Shown: positions 47,896-58,179 of the stretch, piece by piece
Layout: each line of letters begins with the position of its first letter
Position numbering within the stretch: position 1 is the stretch's first letter
Assembly (NCBI GenBank): GCA_963727805.1
Contig: CAVSHF010000003.1
Span: 949,698 to 1,013,697, forward strand
Direction of reading: 5' to 3'
Length of the DNA: 64,000 bases
Source of the DNA: an uncultured Nitrospiraceae bacterium
GTDB lineage: Bacteria; Nitrospirota; Thermodesulfovibrionia; Thermodesulfovibrionales; Dissulfurispiraceae
The notes under the pieces: generated by a model
What the model was told of the DNA's origin: nothing
Databases searched by the model: none
What the model saw: the letters and a program-made list of their open reading frames with translations, nothing else
Made by a program: the position numbers and the translations under genes

Positions 47896-48038
47896 TCCCA
47901 TTGATGGTTAATTCATCTCATTTTTTTTTGAGATTTTGTGGGTGCCCTACTCTGCAATATTGAATTCGAATTCCGGTGCTTAAAACTCTCGATTCGTAGT
48001 GATAGCAAACAGCCGGAGAGAGTCGCCCACGGTGTTGA

Positions 48039-49061
48039 TTACGTGGTGGCGTCAATATTTTCAGGAGAAGAGACTTTCGGCAAATATACTCCCACTTTTG
48101 TGCCGCGGCCCGGTTTGCTGTCTATAAGGATCTTCCCCTTATGCCCCTCAATGATTTTTTTTGCTATAGGCATCCCCAGTCCCGATCCGGAGCTCTTCCT
48201 TGTATAATACGGAATGAAAATATTTTCCAGTGTCTCCCTGTCCATTCCCGGTCCATTGTCCTCGATTCTAATGAGAAGATGCGACTTCTCGGGCGACATG
48301 CTGATGCGAACATGCTGCCCTTTGCCCGATGCCTCGATTGCGTTATTGATGAGGTTAGAGAGCGCCCGTTCAACCCGAAAGCCATCAACTTCAGCCATTA
48401 CAGATTGCGAAGGAAGATCAAGTGTAAGTAAGGTGCCGTTTTCGTCAGCCTTCAACTTACAGGCTTCGCAGGATTTGTTAACAATATCCCGGATATCCTG
48501 CGCTTTGATCTCCAGCATTATCGGTTTCGCGAAGTCAAGAACATCAAATACTATCTTTTGCATGACCTCTGCCGATTCCATAATAACCTCGGCGGCGGTA
48601 TCGTTATTCTCCTTTTTTTCCATAATGCGTTTGGCAAATCCCATGATAGTAATCAGCGGATTTTTTAGGTCATGCACTATCATCGTCGCTGCCTGCCCCA
48701 GACCCATAAGATAGCGGTCTCTTTCGGATTGTTTGCGATATCGCCTTTCCCGGTCTATGAATGCGCCGGTAAGGACAGCAAACATGCCTATAAAAAAAAG
48801 GGCCAGAAGTCGTTCGGACAGAAAGGTCCCTGTAAGGTTCAGAAAAACATAGGGGAGATAAAGCACCAAAACAAAAATAAAGGCGCCGATTGCACCCCGT
48901 AACCCGAAAAATAACGCCCCCAGCAGAACAGGTATATAGTACAGCTCGGCATATATGCCGAGCAAAGCGTGTATTGAAACAACCGTAGAATAGTGCAGAT
49001 AGCTTATCAGTATCGTCAATGCGGAAATAACTGCCACAGAATATTTATTTCTATTGCTCAT
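48039..49061 (-). CDS. Membrane sensor histidine kinase (multi-TM input, HisKA, HATPase_c)
   Basis: 340 aa with about 4-5 N-terminal TM helices, the H-box VHDLKNPL, and EDNGPGMD and GSGLGMPIAKKI. Confidence 0.8.
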   Translation of the reverse strand: MSNRNKYSVAVISALTILISYLHYSTVVSIHALLGIYAELYYIPVLLGALFFGLRGAIGAFIFVLVLYLPYVFLNLTGTFLSERLLALFFIGMFAVLTGAFIDRERRYRKQSERDRYLMGLGQAATMIVHDLKNPLITIMGFAKRIMEKKENNDTAAEVIMESAEVMQKIVFDVLDFAKPIMLEIKAQDIRDIVNKSCEACKLKADENGTLLTLDLPSQSVMAEVDGFRVERALSNLINNAIEASGKGQHVRISMSPEKSHLLIRIEDNGPGMDRETLENIFIPYYTRKSSGSGLGMPIAKKIIEGHKGKILIDSKPGRGTKVGVYLPKVSSPENIDATT

Positions 49062-49209
49062 AACCTTTCCGATTCAAAACCATCTGATTTTATTGCTGCT
49101 TCAAATATAGCCAGATATGATACGTCTGACAAACTGTGACTCGGATGGCCTCCCTGAGATTTTTTGTAATCAGCATTTCAAAGTACATTGCAGGTTAGAA
49201 GCTAGTACA

Positions 49210-50613
49210 TCAATGTCTTATGTTAGAAAGAGGTACAATTACTCTTACTGTAGTGCCTCTACCCTTGTCACTGGCAATCTCCACTTTCCCTCTCCAAGGA
49301 TAAACACGTTCACGCATTCCTATCAGACCGAAGGATTGAGGCTTTGATAGTTGTCCGTCTGTTATACCTTCGCCATTATCCATGACTTCCAGTGTCACTT
49401 GATGGTCATCATCCTTTATTAGTCTTGCTGTCACCTTTGTCGCCTTTGCATGTTTGAGGACGTTTGTCAATGCTTCCTGGAATATTCTAAAAAACGCAAT
49501 ACCCCGTTCTTTGTCTAAATAGATATCAGAAGGTTCTTCGATAACAGTGCATTCAATTCCTGTTCGTTCCTGAAATTCATACGCCTGCCATTCCATCGCA
49601 GCCACAAGGCCGAAATCATCCAATAGCGATGGTCTCAACTCAGTACAGATACGCTTGACCGACAGGATCGTCGCATTAAGTCCGTCCAGCATTGCACCGA
49701 CCTTGTCGAAAAGCGGTTTGTGGTCTGCGTATTTGTTATGTAACCAGCTTAAATCCATCTTCATAGCCGTTAGCGTCTGACCAAGTTCATCGTGTATATC
49801 ACGTGCAATGGTTCTTCTGTCATCTTCCCTGATGGTTTGCAAATGGGCGGCAAGATTACGTAATCGATCATGTGCCGTTTCTAGTTCTGCGGTTCGTTCC
49901 ATAACTTGCAACTCTAATTCCTCATGCGATCTCTTGAGAGCTTCTTCCATCTTCTTACGCTCGGTGATATCTGTGCCAATGCTCAACACTTCGACCAGGA
50001 CTCCCCCAGAGTCAAACACCGCCCTATTGGTCCAGGAGATCCAGACCCGGCGGCCGTCATGGAGCATGTTCTCAATAACGTTCCCCTCGAATGCTGCAGG
50101 GTTCCTGCAAATGATTTCCATGAGCGGGCGGAAATCCTGGCCACTGCTTTCGGTTTCTGGCGTAACGGTACCGATCACGTTACGCCCGAGGATTTCGTCC
50201 TCCCGATACCCAAAGAACTTGCACCCGAACTCGTTTAGGAAGGTAATTTCACCGTCTGATTTCCAGCGCAGGATTATGCTGTTGGCGTTTTCGACTAGCT
50301 CGCGGTATTTAAATTCGCTTTCCCGCAGCGCAGCCTCGACTCGCTTGCGCTCGGCGATCTCTTTTTGCAATATCTGTTTTTCGAGTCCTATCTTTGCCGA
50401 GTATCTAATGATAGGCAAGAGAATAAAAGTAACAATCAGAGACACAAAGATAGCGTCAATGGCACCGATCTCGGCAAGTTCACCTGAAATCATGCCCCCC
50501 CGCAAGATACTCTGAATTAAAGTAAGAACGAAGGTGAAGATTTCCGCAATAAGTACCGCAAATAGAAAAAAATGCCACGTTTTTATGCGTTCTAATGTTC
50601 GGAATATATCCAT
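49210..50613 (-). CDS. Membrane PAS sensor histidine kinase (HisKA_3 type)
   Basis: 467 aa with two TM helices, one PAS segment, the H-box IARDIHDELGQTLTA and the ATPase motifs MDNGEGI and FGLIGMRERV. Confidence 0.85.
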   Translation of the reverse strand: MDIFRTLERIKTWHFFLFAVLIAEIFTFVLTLIQSILRGGMISGELAEIGAIDAIFVSLIVTFILLPIIRYSAKIGLEKQILQKEIAERKRVEAALRESEFKYRELVENANSIILRWKSDGEITFLNEFGCKFFGYREDEILGRNVIGTVTPETESSGQDFRPLMEIICRNPAAFEGNVIENMLHDGRRVWISWTNRAVFDSGGVLVEVLSIGTDITERKKMEEALKRSHEELELQVMERTAELETAHDRLRNLAAHLQTIREDDRRTIARDIHDELGQTLTAMKMDLSWLHNKYADHKPLFDKVGAMLDGLNATILSVKRICTELRPSLLDDFGLVAAMEWQAYEFQERTGIECTVIEEPSDIYLDKERGIAFFRIFQEALTNVLKHAKATKVTARLIKDDDHQVTLEVMDNGEGITDGQLSKPQSFGLIGMRERVYPWRGKVEIASDKGRGTTVRVIVPLSNIRH

Positions 50614-51449
50614 AGGCTGTATTATAGCGCAACTTTTGGCGCTAAGTCAGGATTCTGAGGATACACTTCCAGAGTCGTATGGTGCCTGCTACGAGAGGCG
50701 TTGTTTCAACCGGACAATAACTATATTCTTTCTGATATCATCAAGTTTCCAGTGATTGATTTGGATTTGATGGTTATCAAACATGCTCAGCAGGTATTTT
50801 AAGGATGGAGCAGCAATCGAGGAAACTACTTAAATAGTTTCTAATTTATGATCATTTTTAGTGGTCAGCAGTTATTGAGGACTTCTTGGTATGCAAATCG
50901 ATTCCACAGTAAAATGTCATCGTGACCTCCTTTTAGCTTTTGAATGCGATACAATTATCGTATCAAACGGATGTCGCTCTCAATAATTATCAAGCACTGC
51001 GCACATTTAGCCAGGGGTGTTGATTTCCGAAAAAATGTGTCACAAGTGGCTTGCCGTGTACGCCCCTTACTCTTCACGGACCATTTAACTTAAGTCACAT
51101 TAAGGTCAGCCACAATGCCGCATTTCTGAATGAAGAGTTCTGGTATCTCCCGCTCACTAAAAACAACGGCACTGCTTTATCAGTAAAGAGATAGATTAGT
51201 TTTAGAAATAGGCAAGACTTACTGGTCTAAATAAATACAAGCTTGTCAGTCAACTTTCCAGCTAGTATACTCATAGTACTACAGCTGATTCTTATATATA
51301 TACAAACAAAATGGCATCAAATTGGTTCAACCAGCTAGCTCTTTGATGCCGAGTCGCTTTAGTTGCCGCTCGGTCGCGTAGCACAAGTGTGGATTGTGGC
51401 GCGAGGGGGCTGCACTGCTGGGTGAAAACAGCATTATATTGCAAAAGGA

Positions 51450-53909
51450 GTGCTAATGATGGACCGCTTTATTTGTATTCATGGGCATTTTTATCAACCC
51501 CCCAAAGAAAGTCCTTGGCTAGAGGCAATTGAGATCCAAGATTCTGCGTTTCCTTACCACGATTGGAATGAGAGGATTTCAGCTGAATGCTACGGTGCAA
51601 ATGCCGTGTCGAGAATATGGGATACGGAAGGAAGAATAGCCCAATTGGTGAACAATTATGCCAGCATAAGCTTCGACTTCGGACCGACTGTCCTGCTCTG
51701 GATGCAAAAGTATGCCACCGACGCCTATGAGGCAATTCTAGCGGCTGACCGGCAGAGCCTGGAGAAATTCTCTGGTCATGGAAATGCTTTGGCCCAAGCC
51801 TACAATCATATGATCCTGCCGCTGGCCAACAGCCGCGACAAGAAGACCCAGATTATCTGGGGAATAAAAGATTTTGAATATCGCTTTGGACGTAAGCCGG
51901 AAGGGTTGTGGCGCCCGGAGGCAGCAGTAGACCTGGAAACCCTTGACCTTATGGCACAACACGGCATCGGCTTTGCCATACTTGCCCCCAGGCAGGCAAG
52001 CCGGGTTCGGCGCATTGGGGGTGATGAATGGCAGGACGTGAGTGGTGGAAAAATCTATCCTGCCATCGCCTACCGGGTGTCGCTACCGTCTGGCCTTATC
52101 ATGAACCTATTCTTTTACGACGGTCCCATTGCACAGGAGCTTGCATTTGAAGGATTGTTAAACAACGGCGAGACGTTCGCCAACCGGCTGCTGTCCGCTT
52201 TCGCCGACGACTCTCCTCGCCTCGTCCATATCGCAACGGATGGCGAAAGCTATGGGCATCATCATCGCAACGGCGACATGGCTCTGGCGCACGCGCTCCA
52301 TCATATTGAGACCAACAAACTGGCACAGGTGACGAATTATGGTCGGTACCTGGAAGATCATCCACCGGCATACGAAGTGGAAATCTTTGAAAACAGCTCG
52401 TAGAGTTGCGAGCATGGCATAGAACGTTGGCGGTCGGATTGCGGGTGCAACAGCGGCGGTCACCCGGGTTGGAATCAGGGTTGGCGGGCTCCTCTGCGTG
52501 CAGCCCTAGATTGGCTCCGCGATGCCGTAACCCCGGCTTATGAACAAATGGCCGGACGGTTTCTGACTGATCCCTGGGCGGCTCGAGACGACTACATCGA
52601 CATCATCGTGGATCGATCACCCGAGCGTATCAGTGCGTTTATGATTCGACACGCGACCCGTCCCTTAAATTCCGAAGACGAGATCACGGTCCTGAATCTC
52701 ATGGAGCTCCAACGCCACTTAATGCTCATGTACACAAGTTGCGGTTGATTTTTTGACAAGCTTTCCGGCATTGAGACGGTTCAGGTCATAAAATATGCCG
52801 GCAGAGTTCTGCAGTTGGCCGACCAGCTTTTTAGCGAAACCTTCGAACCCGCCTTTCTCGAACATCTTGAACTGGCCAAGAGCAACATACTTGAACACCG
52901 TAATGGTCGCGCCATATACGAGATATTGGTCAGGCCTGCCATGCTCGATATGAAAGACATTGGCGCCCACTATGCCTTAAGCTCTCTGTTCCAGGATATC
53001 GGCGAGCGCAGCTCGATCTACGCGTATTCCGCCACCCGGGAGGACTACCGCAGTTTTCAGGTCGGAGGCTCAAAGCTGGTAATCGGGCGGGCCACGGTCA
53101 CTTCAGAGGTTACGCGCATATCCTCCAGCTTGTGCTTTGGCGTTCTACATCTCGGTGATCACAGTATCGCCTGCGGCACCGGTGAATATCAGGGCGCGCA
53201 AAAATATGAAGCGTTGGCCAAAGAGATTTCCGCGGCTTTCGCCGGAGCTGACTTCCCGAAGACCATACTTCTGCTGGGCAAATACTTCGGGACGTCCACG
53301 TACTCTCTGACCTCGTTGTTTGCCGATGAGCGGCGAAAAGTCCTTAACATTATCATGGGGCCAACTCTGATAGAGGCTGAAGCTGCATATAGCTCAATTT
53401 ATGAGCACCATGCTCCCTTGATTAGCTTTCTGACCGGGTCCGGCACGCCACGGCCCAAAGTCCTGTCGGTCGCCGCTGACTTGTGCTTGAATGCCAAGCT
53501 TCGCAGGGTGCTTCAAGGGGAGGGGCTTGACCCCGAAGTCGTAAAACCTCTTCTTGAAGAAGCTCGTTTGGCCGGCGCAACTCTGGATGCAACTGCTCTA
53601 GGCTTGTTACTGGCCGCTAACATCGAGAGTCTGGCCAAACAACTTTTCATACAACCTGATGACCTTTCTCGCATAGAGAGATTGAATAAGGCTGCACAAC
53701 TGGTCCGGACCTTGCCGTTCGAGGTTAATCTCTGGAAAACCCAAAACATCTGCTATAAGATCCTGCAAGCCCATTGTCACAAATTCAAGGAGAAAGCAGC
53801 CTTGGGCGACCAAAACGCGCAAGCATGGTTACGCCATTACACCGTTTTGGCTGAGAATTTTTTGCTGCAGGTTTACATATGCCCCGTAAACAGCAACCCT
53901 GCGATTTGA
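51450..53909 (+). pseudogene. Glycoside hydrolase family 57 protein with a DUF3536-like C-terminal region, interrupted by two in-frame stop codons
   Basis: A single reading frame runs from 51450 to 53909. The N-terminus has ICIHGHFYQPPKESPWL (GH57). A TAG at 52401-52403 sits in ENSS*SCEHGIERWRSDCGC, and a TGA at 52746-52748 sits in YTSCG*FFDKLSGIETVQ. From memory of the family, both positions are Trp. Confidence 0.75.
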
Positions 53910-54272
53910 TGAACGTCATCATAGAGGGTACAGATATAGCGTAAAAAAAAGCCTAATAACCATCGCCTCCACCTTACGCCTTGAATGTACACTATCGAAC
54001 GTAACTGTCGAAATCAGATTCTCAACTTCTACTTGTATCCCGTGCAATAGCTGCATCGAGGCGATTGCTTCGGTTTCTACTCATACTCAACTGAGCTGCC
54101 ACTTTGAAGAATGGTCAGCATGCGGAGTTCCACACAGTATGACAAAGAGCTGAAGCAGAACAAATGTACAATCTAGTCAAGATGCCATCGATGAAATTCT
54201 GTGTCTCTAAAAAACAACTTGATCAGATATCTGGTATTTTTGCAAAATAATATGTGATGATGAGGGCGCGAA

Positions 54273-55079
54273 ATGAGTCAACTTAAGAATCCGTTAGAAG
54301 TTTACAAAATCCTCCCGAAATCCAATTGCGGTCAATGCTCGGTTCCGACATGTATGGCTTTTGCTGCTGCCGTACTAATGGGTAAAAATCAACTGGCCGA
54401 TTGCCCTTATATCCCAAGCAGCATCTCCGAATCATTTTCCAAGAAAATAACTATACACAAATCCATCGCCAAGAACAGAGAGGAGGTAGTTGAAAAATTA
54501 AGAAGCAAAGTGTCTGCTATAGATTTAATGTCGTCAGCGCATAGATTGGGGGCAACTATTATTGGTGAAAAGTTAGCTATCAAATGCCTGGGCAAGGAGT
54601 TCTTTATAGATCAAATGGGAAATATTACATCTGAATACCACACTCACGCCTGGATGGCGTTTATATTACTTGACTATATTCTTAACAGTAAAGGCGGAAA
54701 TATATCTGGGGAATGGGTCCCATTCAGAGAACTGAAAAAGGGAGCAGGGATGAGCCCTCTTTTCGAGCAACTGTGCGAAAAACCCATGAAGCATATGGCT
54801 GACACCGGCACGGATCTTTTTAAAGATCTGATTTATATTTTTAGCGGGGATAGAGCAACCAATATGTTTTCATCCGATATATCGCTCATCTTGTATCCGC
54901 TCCCTAAAATACCCTTCTTAATCTGCTACTGGAAAAGGGATGGTGATATAGAGTCATCACTTCATGTTTTCTTTGATTTAACAGTTGAGGATCATATAAG
55001 CATTGATGCAATTCATGCACTCGGAACGGGGTTAGCTGTTATGTTTGAGAAGGTCGTTCTAAAACACAAAAATGCTTAA
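54273..55079 (+). CDS. DUF3786-like protein with an N-terminal Fe-S binding (CxxCxxxxC...C) domain
   Basis: 268 aa. LPKSNCGQCSVPTCMAFAAAVLMGKNQLADCPY resembles the RnfB/CFeSP-type putative Fe-S domain. Confidence 0.6.
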   Translation: MSQLKNPLEVYKILPKSNCGQCSVPTCMAFAAAVLMGKNQLADCPYIPSSISESFSKKITIHKSIAKNREEVVEKLRSKVSAIDLMSSAHRLGATIIGEKLAIKCLGKEFFIDQMGNITSEYHTHAWMAFILLDYILNSKGGNISGEWVPFRELKKGAGMSPLFEQLCEKPMKHMADTGTDLFKDLIYIFSGDRATNMFSSDISLILYPLPKIPFLICYWKRDGDIESSLHVFFDLTVEDHISIDAIHALGTGLAVMFEKVVLKHKNA

Positions 55080-55727
55080 AGCCTTCGATGATCCTGTTGG
55101 ACCGTGGTTTCCGAACCAACGGACAACGCCATAATCGGGTTAGGCAGTCCTCAACATGCGTTGACTACAGGAAGGACATCTCGCCTAACACGTAGCCTTG
55201 AAAGTAACAGTTTCTTTCAGAAAATAACATTTTTGGCGAAATGGCTGAGGTGTTGATTGTCAGATGAAGTATTTCGGCGGGTTCTCACATGAGTCATCGA
55301 AGGCGCGTATTCTGAATACACTGGTTGGTAGAAACTGGAAGCATCGCTGGCAAGGGTACGGTTGCCATGGGTAATATCCGCAATTATTTTCCGTATTTTA
55401 TTGAGCTCCTCCAAATGAACTGTCAATAACAGGGGCCATCCTCAAACCCAATCTTCCATGAGCCGACAGTCTTCATCTATGAAGGACGCTGCATTACCTC
55501 GTTCATGTATTTGAAGACGTGGATTCATAGTGATTCACGTCGCGCGCCACTCTCTCCGACTGTTAGTTTCCACACTGTCCAACAGGCATCAATTTATCAC
55601 AACTGTCGTTGATTGCCGAAGGAAACATGACGCCCAGAGAATGACCAGACGATGTCATTGGATGGTAGGGTTATTAATAAAAACTGGCCGTACCGGCCAA
55701 AATAACAGTTATGCAAGATAAAATCGC

Positions 55728-55759
55728 CGCGAACCATTTTTACCAGGTAATGGTTCGCG
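55728..55759. terminator. 11-bp hairpin with flanking T-tract (terminator candidate)
   Basis: CGCGAACCATT (55728-55738) pairs with AATGGTTCGCG (55749-55759). It is followed by GTTGATTTTATTTTT on the plus strand and lies 41 nt beyond the stop of the minus-strand gene at 55800. Confidence 0.5.
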
Positions 55760-55799
55760 GTTGATTTTATTTTTCTCAAGAAAGTTCTAATCGATATAC

Positions 55800-56222
55800 T
55801 TATTCTTTTTCCGATTCCATTGCTTTAAGTCTTTCGACGCATGGGAGTGATAACTCTTTGTCATGCTTTTTCAGGCATCCCATGATCCCTCCATTTGCTG
55901 GATCGGCATTCGTACAGAACTGAGCCATATCAGTGTCGCAGGCCTGACGGAACATCTTCTGTTGCTGAACCCTTTCCTTAATCTCTCCTCTTCTACCATG
56001 AATCTTTTCCTCATAAGTTCTGCATGCATCTGTCAGTTCGCTTTCATGCGATTCAAGGCACTGGATAGTGGCTACTCCGGGGCTAATGTTTTGGCAGAAC
56101 TTCGAAATATCCTCAACGCATGGATCCACTTCCGCAGCATAAGCATTTGTGCCTAAAATCAGCCCGATACAAAGAAGTCCGGCCGAGAACACTGCTGAAA
56201 AACACATCTTAATTTGTTTCAT
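55800..56222 (-). CDS. Secreted cysteine-rich repeat protein
   Basis: 140 aa with a signal peptide. It has two copies of the pattern C..D...FC....P.....I.CL..H...L...C. Confidence 0.6.
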   Translation of the reverse strand: MKQIKMCFSAVFSAGLLCIGLILGTNAYAAEVDPCVEDISKFCQNISPGVATIQCLESHESELTDACRTYEEKIHGRRGEIKERVQQQKMFRQACDTDMAQFCTNADPANGGIMGCLKKHDKELSLPCVERLKAMESEKE

Positions 56223-56455
56223 TTATCCTCCCATCATTTTATTGGTTTAGGTCATACAGGTTAGAGCAGGTATGCTTTGATTATATCAATATAATCTCAG
56301 CGGTCAAGTTATCGTCTAAACGATAACAATCATATTTTTGTTCTCAATGCAAAGCCGAATATAGACAAGGGTTCGCTATGTGCAGTGGTTGCAATAACCC
56401 ACTTCTTCCCATACTGTCACCGCAACTCCCTAAAACAGAAGATGGAAAACCGGCG

Positions 56456-56922
56456 ATGGTGGAGCTCTATTCTCTCAGCAATGAAGCTGAACTAGCTTTA
56501 ATGAAAAGTATTCTCGAAGTGGATGACATATACGATTTTGTCCGAATAAATTTTTGGGTTGTATGGAAATTGGCACTCAGATTGCATTACTTAATAAGAA
56601 GACAATAATGGTTAAAAATGATGACTATGGAAGGACGTCGGAACTTGTCACCGATTTCTTAGCTCAGACAGCAGAGGAAAAAGATGCCCCACGAGCAGAA
56701 TATAGGCTAGTTGATAAGATCAGGATGGCGATCGAGGTTCTGATATACGGGTGGTTAACGCCGGGTGGAAAAAGGAATCATAAAAATAAGGAAAAGTCCG
56801 GCGGGTCAAACCTGCAAGATTTGCGGCAACAGTTCATCGGACAAAATTCCACTAAACTATGCTTAGCAATGTGCATGTTCATCGGCATCGAATTCTGCCC
56901 CACTCTCGGCACTCAATTTTGA
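56456..56922 (+). pseudogene. DUF2007-like protein apparently split by a single-base frameshift
   Basis: MVELYSLSNEAELALMKSILEVDDIYDFV (frame of ORF 56378-56608) continues sensibly only in the frame of ORF 56554-56922 (NKFLGCMEIGTQIALLNKKTIMVKNDDYGRTSELVTDFL). The switch lies near 56543-56550 (cgaataaa). Confidence 0.45.
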
Positions 56923-57171
56923 ACCAAACCAGCTTATTATTTTATCTTAGATTTCAGGCGATATACTTAAAATATGACTCTCCGCTTGCAGAAAGAGATC
57001 CATTCCTATTAGTGCTGGTCTAGTCTAAGGAAAACCAAATAGTTTTGTTCCTTCGCATCTTTTGTCGGTACCTTATCCGCACAAGACATTTCATACTTTG
57101 ACTTGAACAAGATGATTACTATAATGAAGATGATGGCAAAACAACAATTAACAAAAAAGGAGAATGAGAAA

Positions 57172-57801
57172 ATGAAACCGTGTTTGTCGATAAGTGCAAT
57201 TTTATTGTTGGTACTTACATTCTGTATTAGCGGTGCAAGTGCACAACCTATGGACCAGGGTTCAGGGATGCAAGCTGATCCGCCAGGACAGATGAATATG
57301 AAGTGCGGCGGTATGATGCACGAAGGTATGATGCACGAAGGTATGATGCATGAAGGGATGATGCATGGAGACATGATGGAACGGCAACATCATATGAAAA
57401 TGATGCTGATGCGACTCGGTCTCGATGAAAAACAGAAGGCAGAAGTGAATAGAATAATGACTGCACACATGAAAGATGTCATTAAAAAGAAGGCTGATTT
57501 GGACATCGCAAAATTTGATCTACAAAGCATTCTCAGCAAAGATCCCATGGACATGAAAGCTGCCGAATCAAAGCTAAAGGAGATTGAGGCAATTAAGACA
57601 GCCCTATTCCTTGCTCATCTAACTGCTCATCAGGAGATTAAATCAGTACTGACGCCCGAACAACAAAGAAAAATGAAAGAGATGATGGAAATGCATATGA
57701 TGGGCGGCGGAATGATGGGCAAAGGTGGCTGTGGCTGTGACATGAAGACAGGTGTGACGAAAGGAAAAGAGCATTACGAGCACGATAAAATGATGAAATA
57801 G
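57172..57801 (+). CDS. Periplasmic CpxP/Spy-family protein with Met-rich repeats at the N-terminus and a Met-rich C-terminal end
   Basis: AAGGAG lies 9 nt upstream of the ATG at 57172 (the track start at 57103 is less likely). It has a signal peptide, GGMMHEGMMHEGMMHEGMMHGDMM, an LTPEQQ motif and a C-terminal MMEMHMMGGGMMGKGGCGC. Confidence 0.7.
   Translation: MKPCLSISAILLLVLTFCISGASAQPMDQGSGMQADPPGQMNMKCGGMMHEGMMHEGMMHEGMMHGDMMERQHHMKMMLMRLGLDEKQKAEVNRIMTAHMKDVIKKKADLDIAKFDLQSILSKDPMDMKAAESKLKEIEAIKTALFLAHLTAHQEIKSVLTPEQQRKMKEMMEMHMMGGGMMGKGGCGCDMKTGVTKGKEHYEHDKMMK
57310..57369 (+). repeat. 15-bp tandem repeat x4 encoding (GMMHE)n
   Basis: The units are ggtatgatgcacgaa x2, ggtatgatgcatgaa and gggatgatgcatgga. 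Confidence 0.9.
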
Positions 57802-57813
57802 CTCTTGCTGCGG

Positions 57814-57849
57814 CATAACAGGGCGCCAACAGTTTGGCGCTCTGTTATG
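57814..57849 (+). terminator. Hairpin terminator candidate after the CpxP-like gene
   Basis: CATAACAGGGCGCC pairs with GGCGCTCTGTTATG (14-bp stem with one G-U pair), 13 nt after the stop codon. Confidence 0.6.
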
Positions 57850-57975
57850 TGTGTGATTTATAGACATCGTTTCAATTTAGTATCTTCCTGGTAAGGAGTT
57901 TTGATAGGGCATATTGCCACGAATCATTGTACCACAGTCAAAGCAGAGCTGAGCCAGTCCATTATAACACTTTAA

Positions 57976-58008
57976 ATACTGACCTGTTTAAAGGAGGCAG
58001 GTCAGTAT
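57976..58008 (+). terminator. Second hairpin with T-tract in the same intergenic region
   Basis: ATACTGACCTG pairs with CAGGTCAGTAT (11-bp stem), followed by CTGTTTTTCTTC on the plus strand. Confidence 0.45.
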
Positions 58009-58179
58009 CTGTTTTTCTTCATTCCCAGTAGAAATGTTGTTTAATGAGCCTTGCCCCTTAAATACGCATTAGTGGCGTTCCCAAACCGACTGAACCGGAT
58101 CTGCGATATAAAGGCACATACCTCTTCTTAAGGGAATAACCCAGATATCAGAATATTTCAATGAGAGTCACAGGGATGC

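Noticed and set aside
57850-57975. A 24-aa ORF after an AAGGAG between the two hairpins downstream of the CpxP-like gene
   Set aside because: The only start candidate is a TTG just 2 nt from the Shine-Dalgarno-like sequence, which is too close. The peptide has no features, and nothing else supports it.
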